Source: Cyanophora paradoxa CCMP329 (Eukaryota; Plantae; Glaucophyta). From it: a stretch of DNA of 64,000 nt. The notes below the pieces were generated by a model. The model saw nothing but the letters and a program-made list of their open reading frames with translations, ran no database searches and had not been told where the DNA came from. Location of the stretch: NCBI GenBank assembly GCA_004431415.1, contig QPMI01000104.1, forward strand, positions 1 through 64,000, in the 5' to 3' direction. Shown piece after piece: positions 9,859 through 21,150 of the stretch. Each line of letters begins with the position of its first letter. Position 1 is the stretch's first letter. The position numbers and the translations under genes were made by a program.

Positions 9859-12800
9859 ATGAGTGTCGAGACGGACGCACGAATTCGTGCGATTCTTCCA
9901 CCCTCGCCTGCTGCTGGAAAAGGCGAACGGGGCGCTGAAATCGGCGCACAATCGATATCGATATCGCAAACGAAGAGCATGGAGGTGTTGCCGGCGAACC
10001 ACGATCGCGAGGCCGCGGCGGGGGCCAAGGCGATCTCGACGGCCGATCGCGACGTCGATGTCGAGATGGCGGACGCGTGCGTCGCGGGCACGCGCATGCT
10101 CGAGCTCGCCGCACCAGAGGCCGCCGGCTCCGAGCGCGCCGAGCCGCCCTGGCCCTCTCCCCCGCCGACAATCGAGGCCTTCGTCAAGCCCGTCGGAAAC
10201 AATCCCCACAATCCGTACATTGGCCCAAAATTCGCCTTCCATTCCGCTCGTCGTCTGGAGGCAGATGATTTTCGCGGCAAGTTCCTCAAGTCCACCTTCG
10301 ACTACAAAGTGATCGCGGCGTCGGGTGGCCGCGAAACCGTCGTGTACAGCCGCGCCTATGTGGATGTAGACGCCGACCTGAGCGAGGCGTGCGCTGGACG
10401 CGAGAAGCTTCTCAAATCGTCGAGCAGTGCGCACCGGATGGGCGACGGCGCGGCGCTCAAGTCCCTTAAGGAGCACTTTGACAAATGCCGCACGTACGCC
10501 GAGTACATCCGCGGTAGCGCCGCGCTGGAGCGTGTGGTCGAGTGCGCCGTCGAGATCGCAAAGACTTTCGGTCCCGACCGTAAGCCCTTCGTCGTCCTGG
10601 GCTTCCGCGGGGCCCATGTCTTTCACGACGACTTTGAGCATTTTTGCCTTCGTCTGGACAATCCGGAGGGCGCGTCTCGCCTTCGCAACGAGATCTCGGC
10701 GCGGTTCTCGCGGGTTTTCAAGGTGCTCTCCGAGGAGAAGATCGCCTGCATCTCGCGTCATGTCGACGAGGGAGTTTGGAGCCGCGGCCAAGGCCTACGC
10801 CTTCCGGACGCGCGCAACCCAAAGAGCAACTCGTACTGTGCGATGATCTACCCACCGCTCGACCCCAACAAAGATTTCCTCGATGTTCCCATCCCTCGCG
10901 AGGCGCCCGACCCTCGGGCGATCGAGGCGTTCTCGGGGCACCTCCGCCGCCTCCACGACTTTATCGCGGCAAACTACGAGCAAATCCCGCCCATCCCGAG
11001 CGTCGGCGAGTCTTCCCACGGCCAGCCACCGAGCTCGCTACCGGTGCCGTCGATTACAATCGCTGGTAGCGACGTCGGCGGCGGCTCGTCGGAGTGCAAA
11101 GAGGCATTCGACGTCGCGTTTCGCGTCTGCGAAAAGCTCTTCCCGGACGGCCATCGGGCGCTTACGTTTACGAGCCGCAACGCCAAGACGTGCAACAGCG
11201 GCCGAACCATCAATTACTTCAACTTTGTGACCGTTCCGAATCCCCTCAACGCGTTGCAGGGCGAGTGTCCGTACGGTCTCCACCATAAGACCAACCGCGC
11301 CCTCGTCACCGTTTGCGGAAACGGCATGCCTGGCGTGTTTCGGGCGAGCGTCCGTTGTATGAGCTCTCAGTGCGAGCTGAACCACGCGATCCACTTCACC
11401 ACGACGGCATACGGGGGTCCGGGCGAAAAGATTGTGGAGCTCGAGAAGAATTTCTTCGAAACCCTCAACGCCATGCTCCACTCGTGCGTGTACGAGTCCG
11501 ACCTTCCGCCGCTTCCCAAGCTCGCTCGGAGCCTCGACGCCGTCGGCGCAACGCCCGCCGAGGAACGCGACGTCATCCATCCGTACTGGGAGGTGCTCGA
11601 GGCCAAGGTAAACCGCCTCGTCATTGCCGTCTACTACGGCTCGAAGGACGAGACGAACCACATGGCCTGCGTCAGCCTTCTCGACGGGAAAGTCTGGGTA
11701 AAGTGCCGCTACAAGAGCTTGAACGGTCAAGATCAGACGGAGACGTGCAACGCGTCCCTCTCTCGCGTGGACGCGGCCGCGTTGCGGGCCGCGTTTACAA
11801 AGTTCGACGACGCACTTTATCTCCGTCGCCAAGTCGGGTCAGGTCCGGCCCGCTTCATGGCCGGAGCGTGTGGCATGGAGCTCAAGCGGAGCATTTTCTT
11901 TCAAAACCCGGTCAAAGACCAGTTGATGGCCGTCTCGGAGGCCATTCGAACCAACGTTCTGGAGCCAATGCTCAGTCACTCGGCCGACGCGCGTCCCGAC
12001 CTCTCCTTCGCGTCGCCCGCAGTGGCGCCCGCCTCGCCCAGGATCTTTCGCCACCCGATCGACCAGCCCCTCATCCCGGAGGCGACGAGACCGCGGCATC
12101 TACACCCGTCGTGCAATTACAAGGTCATCATGATCGACGATCTTCCCCACCTCGGCGACGGCGTGATGGTGACCCGGCTGCGCTCCTCAACGGACCCCAA
12201 GGTGGCCCTTCCCCACACCATCGCGATTGCAGCCGGATGCGGCGCGCAGAAGACGCGCGCCGTGCTCGCCGACAACCCGAACGGACTTCTCAACTATCTC
12301 GAATCGCAACTCTTATCGAAGGCCACGGCCTCCGAGCCCACGGCTCGCTACGCTACGTACATCGCAAACGGACGCGCGCAAGGCGAGGTTGACGAGAACA
12401 GCCCCCTTCACGCGCAGCGCTTCCGAGGTTACCGGGACGGTGCCGGAAATGCCAAGGAGAAGAGCAGACGGGACAAGAAAAAGCGATTGATGCACGATCG
12501 CATCGTCGTGTGCGCGGAGAGCTTTCACAAGGCTGAAAACGTCAAGAACATCGACTCGCGGCGCGGGATTCTCATTGCGGACGAGCTTAACTGCTTGCTC
12601 GGTCGCTTTTCGAGCTCCGAGACGTTCAACGGCATCCGGAAGAAATCGTGGAAGAGACTCCTCCGTGCGATGCGACGGAGCAAGTCGGTGATCGCGATGT
12701 GCCAGGATTTGCAGCCTTGGCACCTCGAAGTTCTCGCGTCCCAGGTACCGCCCGGCGAGACGATGGTCGTCTTCCAACTCTCGAGCCCCGAGTCCCTCGC

Positions 12801-15800
12801 TCGCTACCGCGAAGAGGTCCACGTTGTCGTGCCCATCGCCTGGAGCCCCTTCTTCTCCGCGGCATGCCTTCCGAAACCGGCTACAAAGAGCGCAAAGGGA
12901 CGACCAGTGATACGAACGTCAAACCTGCACGCCGACAAGCAGCACATGTTCCGGAACTTCGCCGTTATGGCCGCGTTGAACCCGCAGTTTACCGAAAAGC
13001 GGGTCCTTTTGGGCTTCGCCGACTGCCCCGCCGAGCGGCGACGCGACCTGAACGACGCCGAGAAATGGAATACGAAGGATGTGATCATGGCCAACTACGT
13101 CGTTCAAGTCGGCTTCGACGGGCACGTGTTCCGGCCCAAGTTCAGGCTCATGACGGACGCTGGGCGGACTGGAGGGACGGATCGCGAGGTCCAGGCAAAC
13201 AACCGCGTGCGGCATCTGGAAGAGCTTCCTTCGGCGAACCACGTACGTCTCAACATGTACTGCCAGCGTTTCTCGGACGCGGACAAGGAGGCCACCCTTC
13301 CCGTGGACCCGGACGCCATCTTTTCGTCCGCCTGGGCGGGACGCCTGGCCGAGTTGGAAAAGGGTCGCTCCGACCTTCTTCAGCGCGAGCGCAACGAGGA
13401 CGACGAGTCTTTCGAGCGGCGATGGCGCGAATATGTTGAGGAGGAGCGCCTGCTCGCCATGGTGTACGCAAACGTGACCGCCGAGCGGAATGCGCATCAC
13501 ACCTGGCCCGATCGGATGCTCGTGGAGAAGTTGATGTGCCATCTCGGCGCGCAGCGCGTCTACATCGCGAACCACGGGGACCTCCTCGAACGGGTGTCGT
13601 TGGATGCGAAAGAATTCAAATCCTTGGTGGCCGAGGTGGGACGGACCGGGGACGCCGTCTACAAATCTCAAGAGTACGCCCCGAATTTGTTGGCTACCAC
13701 CCCCGGCATCTCCTTCGACTGCCGCTTCCACGGGGATTTTGTGCGTTTCGTCTCCAAGTCCGGCGACGATCGAAATGGGAGCGGTAATTCTCTCGGCGAA
13801 GAGTTCGGCATATCGCAGGATGATGCGACCGAGGAGTACGAGTCGGCCATCCAGGCGGTTTTAAACAAGGCTCAGGTCTCGATGACGCTTGGGCAGCCGC
13901 TCTACGCGACAACTCCGGAGGACTTTATGGCCAGCAAGACAATCGAGTCGATGCGTAGGCGCGCGCGCCTCGGCATCTACCTCACCCAGGTCGACGAGCC
14001 CACGTACGCGGCGCGCGAGGCCAAGTGCGACATCGATAATGTCGCTTCGAACTCGTCCGGGTCCGCCTGCAATCCCTTCACGAGGGTGAAGAAGAGCACG
14101 GAGATGATCTTGGCGACGCTCGGCGTCCCCGAGTTGCACCCGCTCCATCCGCTCCACCCCTTCAATTTTCACCTGCCGACCATCGCCTTCGGTTCGATCG
14201 ACGACGTCAAGGCGGCGGGACTCGCCCGCCTCGCCGCGAGCCCCGCCCTCGTCGACCTAAAGATCGTCGAAGGCCCTCTTCTGGCGAGGGCGCTCGCCCT
14301 TCGCGGCGACACGGGAGCCTCGGACGGCGCGATCAAAGCCGTTGTCGAGGAGTTCGAGGCCTCTCTCGCCAGCGGCTCTAAAAGGCTCCCCTCCGAGCGC
14401 CGCCCCGAGGAGGAGGCCCTCGAAGATGCCGAATCTGAAGCGATCAAGATGGCGGCTTCCGACACCGACGAAGACGGTGGAAAAGGGTCCGAAGGCGAAG
14501 AGAGGCCGTCGAAAAAGGCTCGGACCGCAGAGGACCGCGCCACTCTCTCTCGGCGCCTGGATTCCTGCCTGTACCGTGTGTACCGGAGCGCCGTCGCCTA
14601 CGCGATCGAATCACTCGGCGGAAAACTCGTAAAGGTGGCGAGCCCGTGTATCGCGCGGGGCAAGGCCCCCGACGGCTCCCCTGTCGAGTTTCGCATCAAC
14701 CCGCCCGGAAACGTGGCCGACGCCGCCCGCCTCGCCGTCGCCCTGAAGCCCCAGACTCGCAACGGCAGCCCCGACGCGAGCGAGCAGTACGAGTCCGACG
14801 TGCGCGCGTACCTCTCGGCCAATTCGGCCGTTGCGGCGGCCTTGCGATGCATGAGGGGCGGCGGAAAAGTCCCCGACCTTCATCCTTCCGCCCTCGTCCC
14901 ACAGCAGCTGCGCCAGATCGCGCACCCTCTCTGGGCACCCGATACGGAAGACGATATCAAAGATCTCCTCTACTGGACGGCCATTCCGGGCCCGGCCGAG
15001 GGCAGCGAATACGTGCCCCAGTACGCCGCCCTCGACTACTCGACGGCCGAGGGCGCCCGTCGGTTCCTGGAGTGCGTGTCCAAGTCCAAACTGGCGGCCG
15101 CTCTCACCATTCCGGAGGACTTTCTCCGTCGGATCGGCGCGCCGTTGGACACGCCGTCGATCGCCGAGATCGCGGGCCGCGGTTTGCAGGGAGATCCGCG
15201 CTACACGCCGACGGGCATCGACCGGCGCGAGGAGCACCACATCGCCTGCGTCGTTTCAATGATGCGCGCGGTCGAGGCGTGCATCGCCGGGCCCGATCGC
15301 AAGAACGGCGGTTTCTGGGAGATGATGGAGCAAGAAGTCGAAATCCGGCCCCTCTGCGGGCCCGAGACGGGCTGCGCGCGCGGAGAGCACGCCGAGGCAT
15401 GCAAGGTCGAGCACGTGCGGGTCGGCGGCGCGTGGGTGAGCTTTTCCGCGATGGCCGACGCGAACAAGCACATCGTCCTCGCCGACGGGCGCGCCCTCGG
15501 CAAGGACCACAGCCCGCTGGCGACGGAACTCTTGGACGCGCTCGAGGAGGGACTCGGGCCGCGGGCCCCTCGCGTCCTCCGCTCCAACACGTACAAGGGA
15601 TCCCAGCAGCGCGTAAAAATCGACGGAAAGGAGAAGCGCCTTCACGGGCACTTTTTCCCGAGTATTTACCTGGAGATCGACTGGTTGGGCGGGGGCCTCG
15701 ATGGCCCCGCCCCGCCGCCCGCGCCGGCACCGGCGCCGGCTCCCATCCCCGAATTCGAAGCGGTCACCGCGCCCCCCGCTCCGGATTGCATTCCCGCCCC

Positions 15801-15831
15801 CGGAACCGAAGCCGACGCGATGCAGATCTAG
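9859..15831 (+). CDS. Intronless AEP primase (PrimPol/UL52-like) + Zn finger + UL9-like SF2 helicase (origin-binding protein) fusion, ~1990 aa
   Basis: AEP motifs YVDVDAD (~10357), GFRGAHVF (~10615) and VDEGVWSRGQGLRLP (~10764). Zn finger CPYGLHHKTN...CMSSQC (~11266-11373). UL9-like motifs AAGCGAQKT, IVVCAESFHK, ILIADELNCLLGRF, VIAMCQDL, WNTKDVIMANYVVQVGFD and VQANNRVRHL. First ATG after the TATA is 9859 (alternative 9979). Confidence 0.88.
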   Translation: MSVETDARIRAILPPSPAAGKGERGAEIGAQSISISQTKSMEVLPANHDREAAAGAKAISTADRDVDVEMADACVAGTRMLELAAPEAAGSERAEPPWPSPPPTIEAFVKPVGNNPHNPYIGPKFAFHSARRLEADDFRGKFLKSTFDYKVIAASGGRETVVYSRAYVDVDADLSEACAGREKLLKSSSSAHRMGDGAALKSLKEHFDKCRTYAEYIRGSAALERVVECAVEIAKTFGPDRKPFVVLGFRGAHVFHDDFEHFCLRLDNPEGASRLRNEISARFSRVFKVLSEEKIACISRHVDEGVWSRGQGLRLPDARNPKSNSYCAMIYPPLDPNKDFLDVPIPREAPDPRAIEAFSGHLRRLHDFIAANYEQIPPIPSVGESSHGQPPSSLPVPSITIAGSDVGGGSSECKEAFDVAFRVCEKLFPDGHRALTFTSRNAKTCNSGRTINYFNFVTVPNPLNALQGECPYGLHHKTNRALVTVCGNGMPGVFRASVRCMSSQCELNHAIHFTTTAYGGPGEKIVELEKNFFETLNAMLHSCVYESDLPPLPKLARSLDAVGATPAEERDVIHPYWEVLEAKVNRLVIAVYYGSKDETNHMACVSLLDGKVWVKCRYKSLNGQDQTETCNASLSRVDAAALRAAFTKFDDALYLRRQVGSGPARFMAGACGMELKRSIFFQNPVKDQLMAVSEAIRTNVLEPMLSHSADARPDLSFASPAVAPASPRIFRHPIDQPLIPEATRPRHLHPSCNYKVIMIDDLPHLGDGVMVTRLRSSTDPKVALPHTIAIAAGCGAQKTRAVLADNPNGLLNYLESQLLSKATASEPTARYATYIANGRAQGEVDENSPLHAQRFRGYRDGAGNAKEKSRRDKKKRLMHDRIVVCAESFHKAENVKNIDSRRGILIADELNCLLGRFSSSETFNGIRKKSWKRLLRAMRRSKSVIAMCQDLQPWHLEVLASQVPPGETMVVFQLSSPESLARYREEVHVVVPIAWSPFFSAACLPKPATKSAKGRPVIRTSNLHADKQHMFRNFAVMAALNPQFTEKRVLLGFADCPAERRRDLNDAEKWNTKDVIMANYVVQVGFDGHVFRPKFRLMTDAGRTGGTDREVQANNRVRHLEELPSANHVRLNMYCQRFSDADKEATLPVDPDAIFSSAWAGRLAELEKGRSDLLQRERNEDDESFERRWREYVEEERLLAMVYANVTAERNAHHTWPDRMLVEKLMCHLGAQRVYIANHGDLLERVSLDAKEFKSLVAEVGRTGDAVYKSQEYAPNLLATTPGISFDCRFHGDFVRFVSKSGDDRNGSGNSLGEEFGISQDDATEEYESAIQAVLNKAQVSMTLGQPLYATTPEDFMASKTIESMRRRARLGIYLTQVDEPTYAAREAKCDIDNVASNSSGSACNPFTRVKKSTEMILATLGVPELHPLHPLHPFNFHLPTIAFGSIDDVKAAGLARLAASPALVDLKIVEGPLLARALALRGDTGASDGAIKAVVEEFEASLASGSKRLPSERRPEEEALEDAESEAIKMAASDTDEDGGKGSEGEERPSKKARTAEDRATLSRRLDSCLYRVYRSAVAYAIESLGGKLVKVASPCIARGKAPDGSPVEFRINPPGNVADAARLAVALKPQTRNGSPDASEQYESDVRAYLSANSAVAAALRCMRGGGKVPDLHPSALVPQQLRQIAHPLWAPDTEDDIKDLLYWTAIPGPAEGSEYVPQYAALDYSTAEGARRFLECVSKSKLAAALTIPEDFLRRIGAPLDTPSIAEIAGRGLQGDPRYTPTGIDRREEHHIACVVSMMRAVEACIAGPDRKNGGFWEMMEQEVEIRPLCGPETGCARGEHAEACKVEHVRVGGAWVSFSAMADANKHIVLADGRALGKDHSPLATELLDALEEGLGPRAPRVLRSNTYKGSQQRVKIDGKEKRLHGHFFPSIYLEIDWLGGGLDGPAPPPAPAPAPAPIPEFEAVTAPPAPDCIPAPGTEADAMQI

Positions 15832-16085
15832 TTATAGATAGTTCATTATTTGATATCGATGGTTTTAGCGAATTTTGAAGTGCACGCGCGAAAGGAGACT
15901 TGTCACGGAGGGCTCGTGGTTTGCCTCAGCTACCGCCGCATGCGAATTCGAAGCCTCCACGGGCCGCATCGCGGCCGCGCGCGCGTGTGCACTGTGATCA
16001 CGGGAAGCCCTACGGTACTACGGCACACGTAGTTATACACGGAGTACTCGTCTAGAAATAGAAGGATTAAAATAAAATAAAGTCG

Positions 16086-17450
16086 GAAGCGCCGCCGCTC
16101 CGTGACGGCCGAGGGGGGTACGGGCGGCGCCGCGTCCGGCCCGCACTAGACGGAATCGACGCCGCTCCGTGACGGCCGAGGGGGGTACGCGCGGCGCCGC
16201 GGCCGCCCCGCCCTAGACGGAGGCGCCGCCGCTCCGTGACGGCCGAGAGGGGTACGCGCGGCGCCGCGGCCGCCCCGCCCTAGACGAACACGCCGCGGCT
16301 CCATGACGGCCGAGGGGGGTACGGGCGGCGCCGCAGCCGCCCCGCCCTAGACGAACACGCCGCGGCTCCGTGACGGCCGAGGGGGGTACGGGCGGCGCCG
16401 CGGCCGCCCCGCCCTAGACGAACGCGCCGCGGCTCCGTGACGGCCGAGGGGGGTACGGGCGGCGCCGCGGCCGCCCCGCCCTAGACGGAGGCGCCGCCGC
16501 TCCGTGACGGCCGAGGGGGGTACGGGCGGCGCCGCGGCCGCCCCGCCCTAGACGGAGGCGCCGCGGCTCCGTGACGGCCGAGGGGGGTACGGGTGGCGGA
16601 GGGCGGCGGTGGGCTCCGTCCTCTTTCCTTCGTACCCCTCGAGCTCGGTGGGCTCCTCCATCTGCGCGGGCGGGGATGAGAGTTGTACTCGTCATCTATT
16701 TGGCTTTATATATATATATATATATATATCTTAGTGGCAACTTGAGGGGTTTGGGTAACACGAGGAGCTTACCGCGCCGCCGGGGGTACGAAGGAAAGAG
16801 ATGCGGGCCTACCCCGCCGCCCGTCACGGAGCCGAGTCAGTTCCCTCTAGGGCGGCGCGGGCGTTGGGCGAGGGGCGTACCGCGCTGCGGGGGGTACGAA
16901 GGAAAGAGACACAGGCCTACCCCCCCGCCCGTCACGGAGCCGAGTCAGTTCCCTCTGGGGCGGCGCCGGAGTCGGGCGAGGGGCGTACTGCGCCGCGGGG
17001 GGTACGAAGGAAGGAGATGCTGGTGGAGGGAGAGCCCTAGACGGAGGCGCCGCCGCTCCGTGACGGCCGAGGGGGGTACGGGCGGCGCCGCGGCCGCCCC
17101 GCCCTAGACGGAGGCGCCGCCGCTCCGTGACGGCCGAGGGGGGTACGGGTGGCGGAGGGCGGCGGTGGGCTCCGTCCTCTCTCCTTCGTACCCCTCGAGC
17201 TCGGTGGGCTCCTCCATCTGCGCGGGCGGGGATGAGAGTTGTACTCGTCATCTCGCGATCGTGACAACCACAAGGTATTGAGGCGACATGAAGAAGCTTA
17301 CCGTTCCTCGGGGGTACAAAGGAACGAGACACGGGCCTACCCCCGCCGCGCACTGTCACGGACCCGCGTCAGTTTTCTCTAGGGCGGCGCATGCGTTGGG
17401 CGAGGAGCTCACCTCCTGCGCGGGGTACGGTACGCACGGGGGTACGAATC
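16086..17450 (+). repeat. Repeat region hr2: 8x A, node with (TA)n, 2-3x B, 2x A, partial node, degenerate B
   Basis: Same monomers as hr1; (TA)n tract at ~16706-16729. Confidence 0.93.
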
Positions 17451-17463
17451 GCAGCCGCCGCCG

Positions 17464-18173
17464 ATGTGCCCCGGAGGGATGATCCTTTGGTCGTGCGAGG
17501 GCGCCGTCTGCGATGCCTGCGGGGCGCGCGGTGAAGCGGCGATCGACGCCGGATCGCCATCGAAGCGCGGGCAACGGGACGAACCTCGGCGCGGCTCAAA
17601 GATGTTCTGCGCACCGCGGCCGACGCGACGGCGCTCTCCGAGAACGCGCTGGACGATGCGCGCCGCCTGCTGGCCGACCGCAAGCTCTGGAGCGGGCGCT
17701 CGTGCGAGATGGCCGCGCGCGGTCGCCGTCGACGCGTACGTCGCCCTTGGGTGCCCGCGGTAGGCTGGCATCACGACCTGCGAGGGCGACGCGGCAAGCT
17801 CGTGAGGTTTGTGCGGGCGATCCAGCGCGGACGGGCGGTGCTCACGTACCGCGGCCGGCGGACTATGTTGAGTCGATCAGAGAGCGGGCGGGTGCCAAAG
17901 GCGGAGGGCGGCGGGCTCAGGAGAGGCACGAGAGCTCGGGAAGGAGCCCCGCCGTCGTCGCCGCCGCCGCGGTCGCCGCGGGGGCCGACATCCCTTTCGG
18001 CATCGCCGCGGGCGCGGCCGGCGTCTCGCCTCGGGGCCATGAATGCGCGAAACAGCTCGAACGTGGCGCACGAGGAACACCCGCGCACTCGAGGGTGCAC
18101 GTTCCGCCGCTTCGAGCCCTCGTACTTGGGCGCCGAGGCGATTGAGCGGAAAGGACAGCCTTCGACGCCCTAA
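17464..18173 (+). CDS. Possible hypothetical protein; gene structure unresolved
   Basis: Protein-like stretch RLKDVLRTAADATALSENALDDARRLLADRKLW in frame with ORF 17709-18173; no recognisable motif. Confidence 0.2.
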
Positions 18174-18431
18174 GGGAATGCGCTTTGGTTGATTTCGAGG
18201 CACAGAGCGCCTCGGATCGCCGCACGAAGCGCGTTCGGGGGTACCCCGGTACGCGTCCTACTTTAGCGCGCCGTGCTTGCACACCGAGGAGCCCACGGTC
18301 CCTCCCGCGAGGCGAGCAAACGCGGATCAGGTGCTCGAGTTGATCGCGAGGTACGTGCAGCATCAGATCGCTCTACCATGCGTGCGAGCCCGTGGACGGG
18401 CCGAGCTCGATCCCCGGCCTAGCTGACGCCC

Positions 18432-18817
18432 CTACGGTCTGCCCCTCGCAGGAGAGCCCTCGCTTTCGCTATCCGAGAGATCCGGGTTGACGTGCACCGC
18501 GATCGGCGCGCCCGGCGCCGAGTACTCGGTCGCCAGCTTGCGCATCGCCTCGAGGCGCTTCGCCTGGCCGCCCGACTTGCCCTTGAGCGTCGTCTCGAAG
18601 CCTTGCGCGACGCTGCGGTTGGAAAAGGGCGCCGCAACTGCCACGAGGCGCCAGGGCCCTTTGCCTTTGGTGTACGATCCGCGGATCGTGCCGCGCGTGT
18701 GCTCCTTGTACCGCCGCGTCAGGTTCGCCGTCTCGCCGGTGTACCACGTGCGGCCGTTGTGCAGGAGGTACGCCACGTGCTGTCCCTCGAAGCTCGCGTG
18801 GAACGGCCGCGCCTTAC

Positions 18818-18851
<34 letters not shown>

Positions 18852-18950
18852 AGGTCCCTTGGTCGCCTCGTCTTCGGGGTCCGAGTTTGCGGCCGCGCCC
18901 GCCGCGATGTGGGCGTCCTCTTTGGCCTTGGTAGGTGCCTCGGAATCCAT
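18432..18950 (-). CDS. GIY-YIG endonuclease, SLX1/UPF0213-like
   Basis: AYLLHNGRTWYTGETANLTRRYKEHTRG..GSYTKGKGPWRLV..F.NRSVAQGFE..LK matches the GIY-YIG_SLX1 pattern. Confidence 0.9.
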
Positions 18951-19229
18951 CGCTACCGAGCCCCGCGCCCCGGTCCTCTTTACACGTCTGATCCCCGTGC
19001 CGCAGGCGGCTCGGCCGGAGGTAGCGCGCGCCTCGCCCGCTTCGAGAAGCTCGCGGCGGGCGGCAGCACGAGGGGCACGGGTCTGAGCGCCCCGGCGGGC
19101 GGCGGCGGCGGGTACGATGAAAGCGGCGCCGGCGTGGGGGGGCGCCGGTCTTCGTCCATCCACACCCCGCGGGGGACGAGTCGCGGCTTCTCTTTATGGG
19201 GATAGAGGGATGCGGGCCGCATCGCCCCA

Positions 19230-20400
19230 AGGTAAGCCCCTCGCCCGACGCCGGCGCCGCCATAGAGGGAACTGACTCGGCTCCGTGACGGGCGGCGGGG
19301 ATAGGTGCACCTCGTTCCTTCGTACCCCCCGCGGCACGGTACGCCCCTCGCCCGTCGCCGGCGCCGCCCTAGAGGGAACTGACTCGGCTCCGTGACGGGC
19401 GGCGGGGGTAGGCCCTCATCTCTTTCCTTCGTACCCCCGGCGGCGCGGTGAGCCCCTCGCCCGACGCCGGCGCCGCCCTAGAGGGAACTGACTCGGCTCC
19501 GTGACGGGCGGCGGGGGTAGGCCCTCATCTCTTTCCTTCGTACCCCCCGCGGCGCGGTGAGCCCCTCGCCCGACTCCGGCGCCGCGCTAGAGGGAACTGA
19601 CTCGGCTCCGTGACGGGCGGCAGGGATAGGCCCTCATCTCTTTCCTTCGTACCCCCGGCGGCGCGGTGAGCCCCTCGCCCGACTCCGGCGCCGCGCTAGA
19701 GGGAACTGACTCGGCTCCGTGACGGGCGGCAGGGGTAGGCTCGCGTCTCTTTCCTTCGTACCCCGGCGGCGCGGTAAGCCCCTCGTGCTGCCCAAATCCC
19801 CTGAAGTTGTCACTAAGATATATATATAAAGCCAATTAGATGACGAGTACAACTCTCATCCCCGCCCGCGCAGATGGAGGAGCCCACCGAGCTAGAGGGG
19901 TACGAAGGAAAGAGGACAGAGCCCACCGCCGCCCTCCGCCACCCGTACCCCCCTCCGCCGTCACGGAGCCGCGGCGCGTTCGTCTAGGGCGGGGCGGCCG
20001 CGGCGCCGCCCGTACCCCCCTCGGCCGTCACGGAGCCGCGGCGTGTTCGTCTAGGGCGGGGCGGCCGCGGCGCCGCCCGTACCCCCCTCGGCCGTCACGG
20101 AGCCGCGGCGCGTTCGTCTAGGGCGGGGCGGCCGCGGCGCCGCCCGTACCCCCCTCGGCCGTCACGGAGCCGCGGCGTGTTCGTCTAGGGCGGGGCGGCT
20201 GCGGCGCCGCCCGTACCCCCCTCGGCCGTCATGGAGCCGCGGCGTGTTCGTCTAGGGCGGGGCGGCCGCGGCGCTGCCCGTACCCCCCTCGGCCGTCATG
20301 GAGCCGCGGCGTGTTCGTCTAGGGCGGGGCGGCCGCGGCGCTGCCTGTACCCCCCTCGGCCGTCACGGAGCGGCGGCGATTCCGTCTAGGGCGGGGCGGC
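19230..20400 (-). repeat. Repeat region hr3 (inverted relative to hr1/hr2): 5x B, node, 7x A
   Basis: Reverse-complement monomers; node CTAAGATATATATATAAAGCC at ~19813-19833. Confidence 0.93.
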
Positions 20401-20718
20401 AGGGGTACGCCTCTCGCGGCGCGCGTCTTCCTCACCTGCTTCGATGAGACCTGCCCGCACATTGTAAGCGCGCCTTCGCGGCCACCTTTCAGTCACTTAC
20501 ACTCGCTTTACATGCAGCGGAAGCGGGGGTACACTCGCTTCGAGTGCAACGGCGGGCGCGGGGGACTTTCGCGCGCGCGGCGGCGCCATAGAAACCCGGT
20601 TCGGGCGGTGCGTGCCCCCCGCACGACGCCACCCGGGATCCGCGCTCACCCCCACTCGTGCAGTCGGCCCCTCCGCCGGGCGCGCGGTCTCGGTTTCCAA
20701 TCAACACACGCCTCCTAT

Positions 20719-20937
20719 CTAAAAATCGAGCGGGACCATCTGTACGCCCCAGCGCCCGTCCAAAGTCGCTTTGTAGCTTATTTTAAAGTCCGCGAACAGG
20801 TCTCTGGTGTTGGCCTCGAGAAGGTGGATCGCGTGCAAGAAAAAGGCGGGGTCGGGGACGGCGACGAGGATCGGAGCTTGCCGGGGGAGCTCGCGGGCGA
20901 GGCGGTGGGCGAGCGTCCGGGCCGTCTCCTGCGACAT
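20719..20937 (-). CDS. 72-aa hypothetical protein, paralogue family A
   Basis: MSQETARTLAHRLARELPRQAPILVAVPDP...GRWGVQMVP aligns without gaps to the N-terminus of 33696-34172. Confidence 0.6.
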   Translation of the reverse strand: MSQETARTLAHRLARELPRQAPILVAVPDPAFFLHAIHLLEANTRDLFADFKISYKATLDGRWGVQMVPLDF

Positions 20938-21150
20938 GGGAGCGGATGCGTGCACGTGACCGGCGCTGGGGTACCGCCCTTTTATCGGGCAGAGGGCGCG
21001 GGGCGCCGCTCGAGTCCCGGAGTCCCGCCCGCACGGCTCGCGCGGCGGGCACGGAAGGCGCGCGCGGGACGCGCACGCGTCGTATTTCCGCCGCCCTATG
21101 GGTCGCCGAGAGCCGCTCACGTCACGAAGTCTGCTGCGGCGGCCTTTGAA

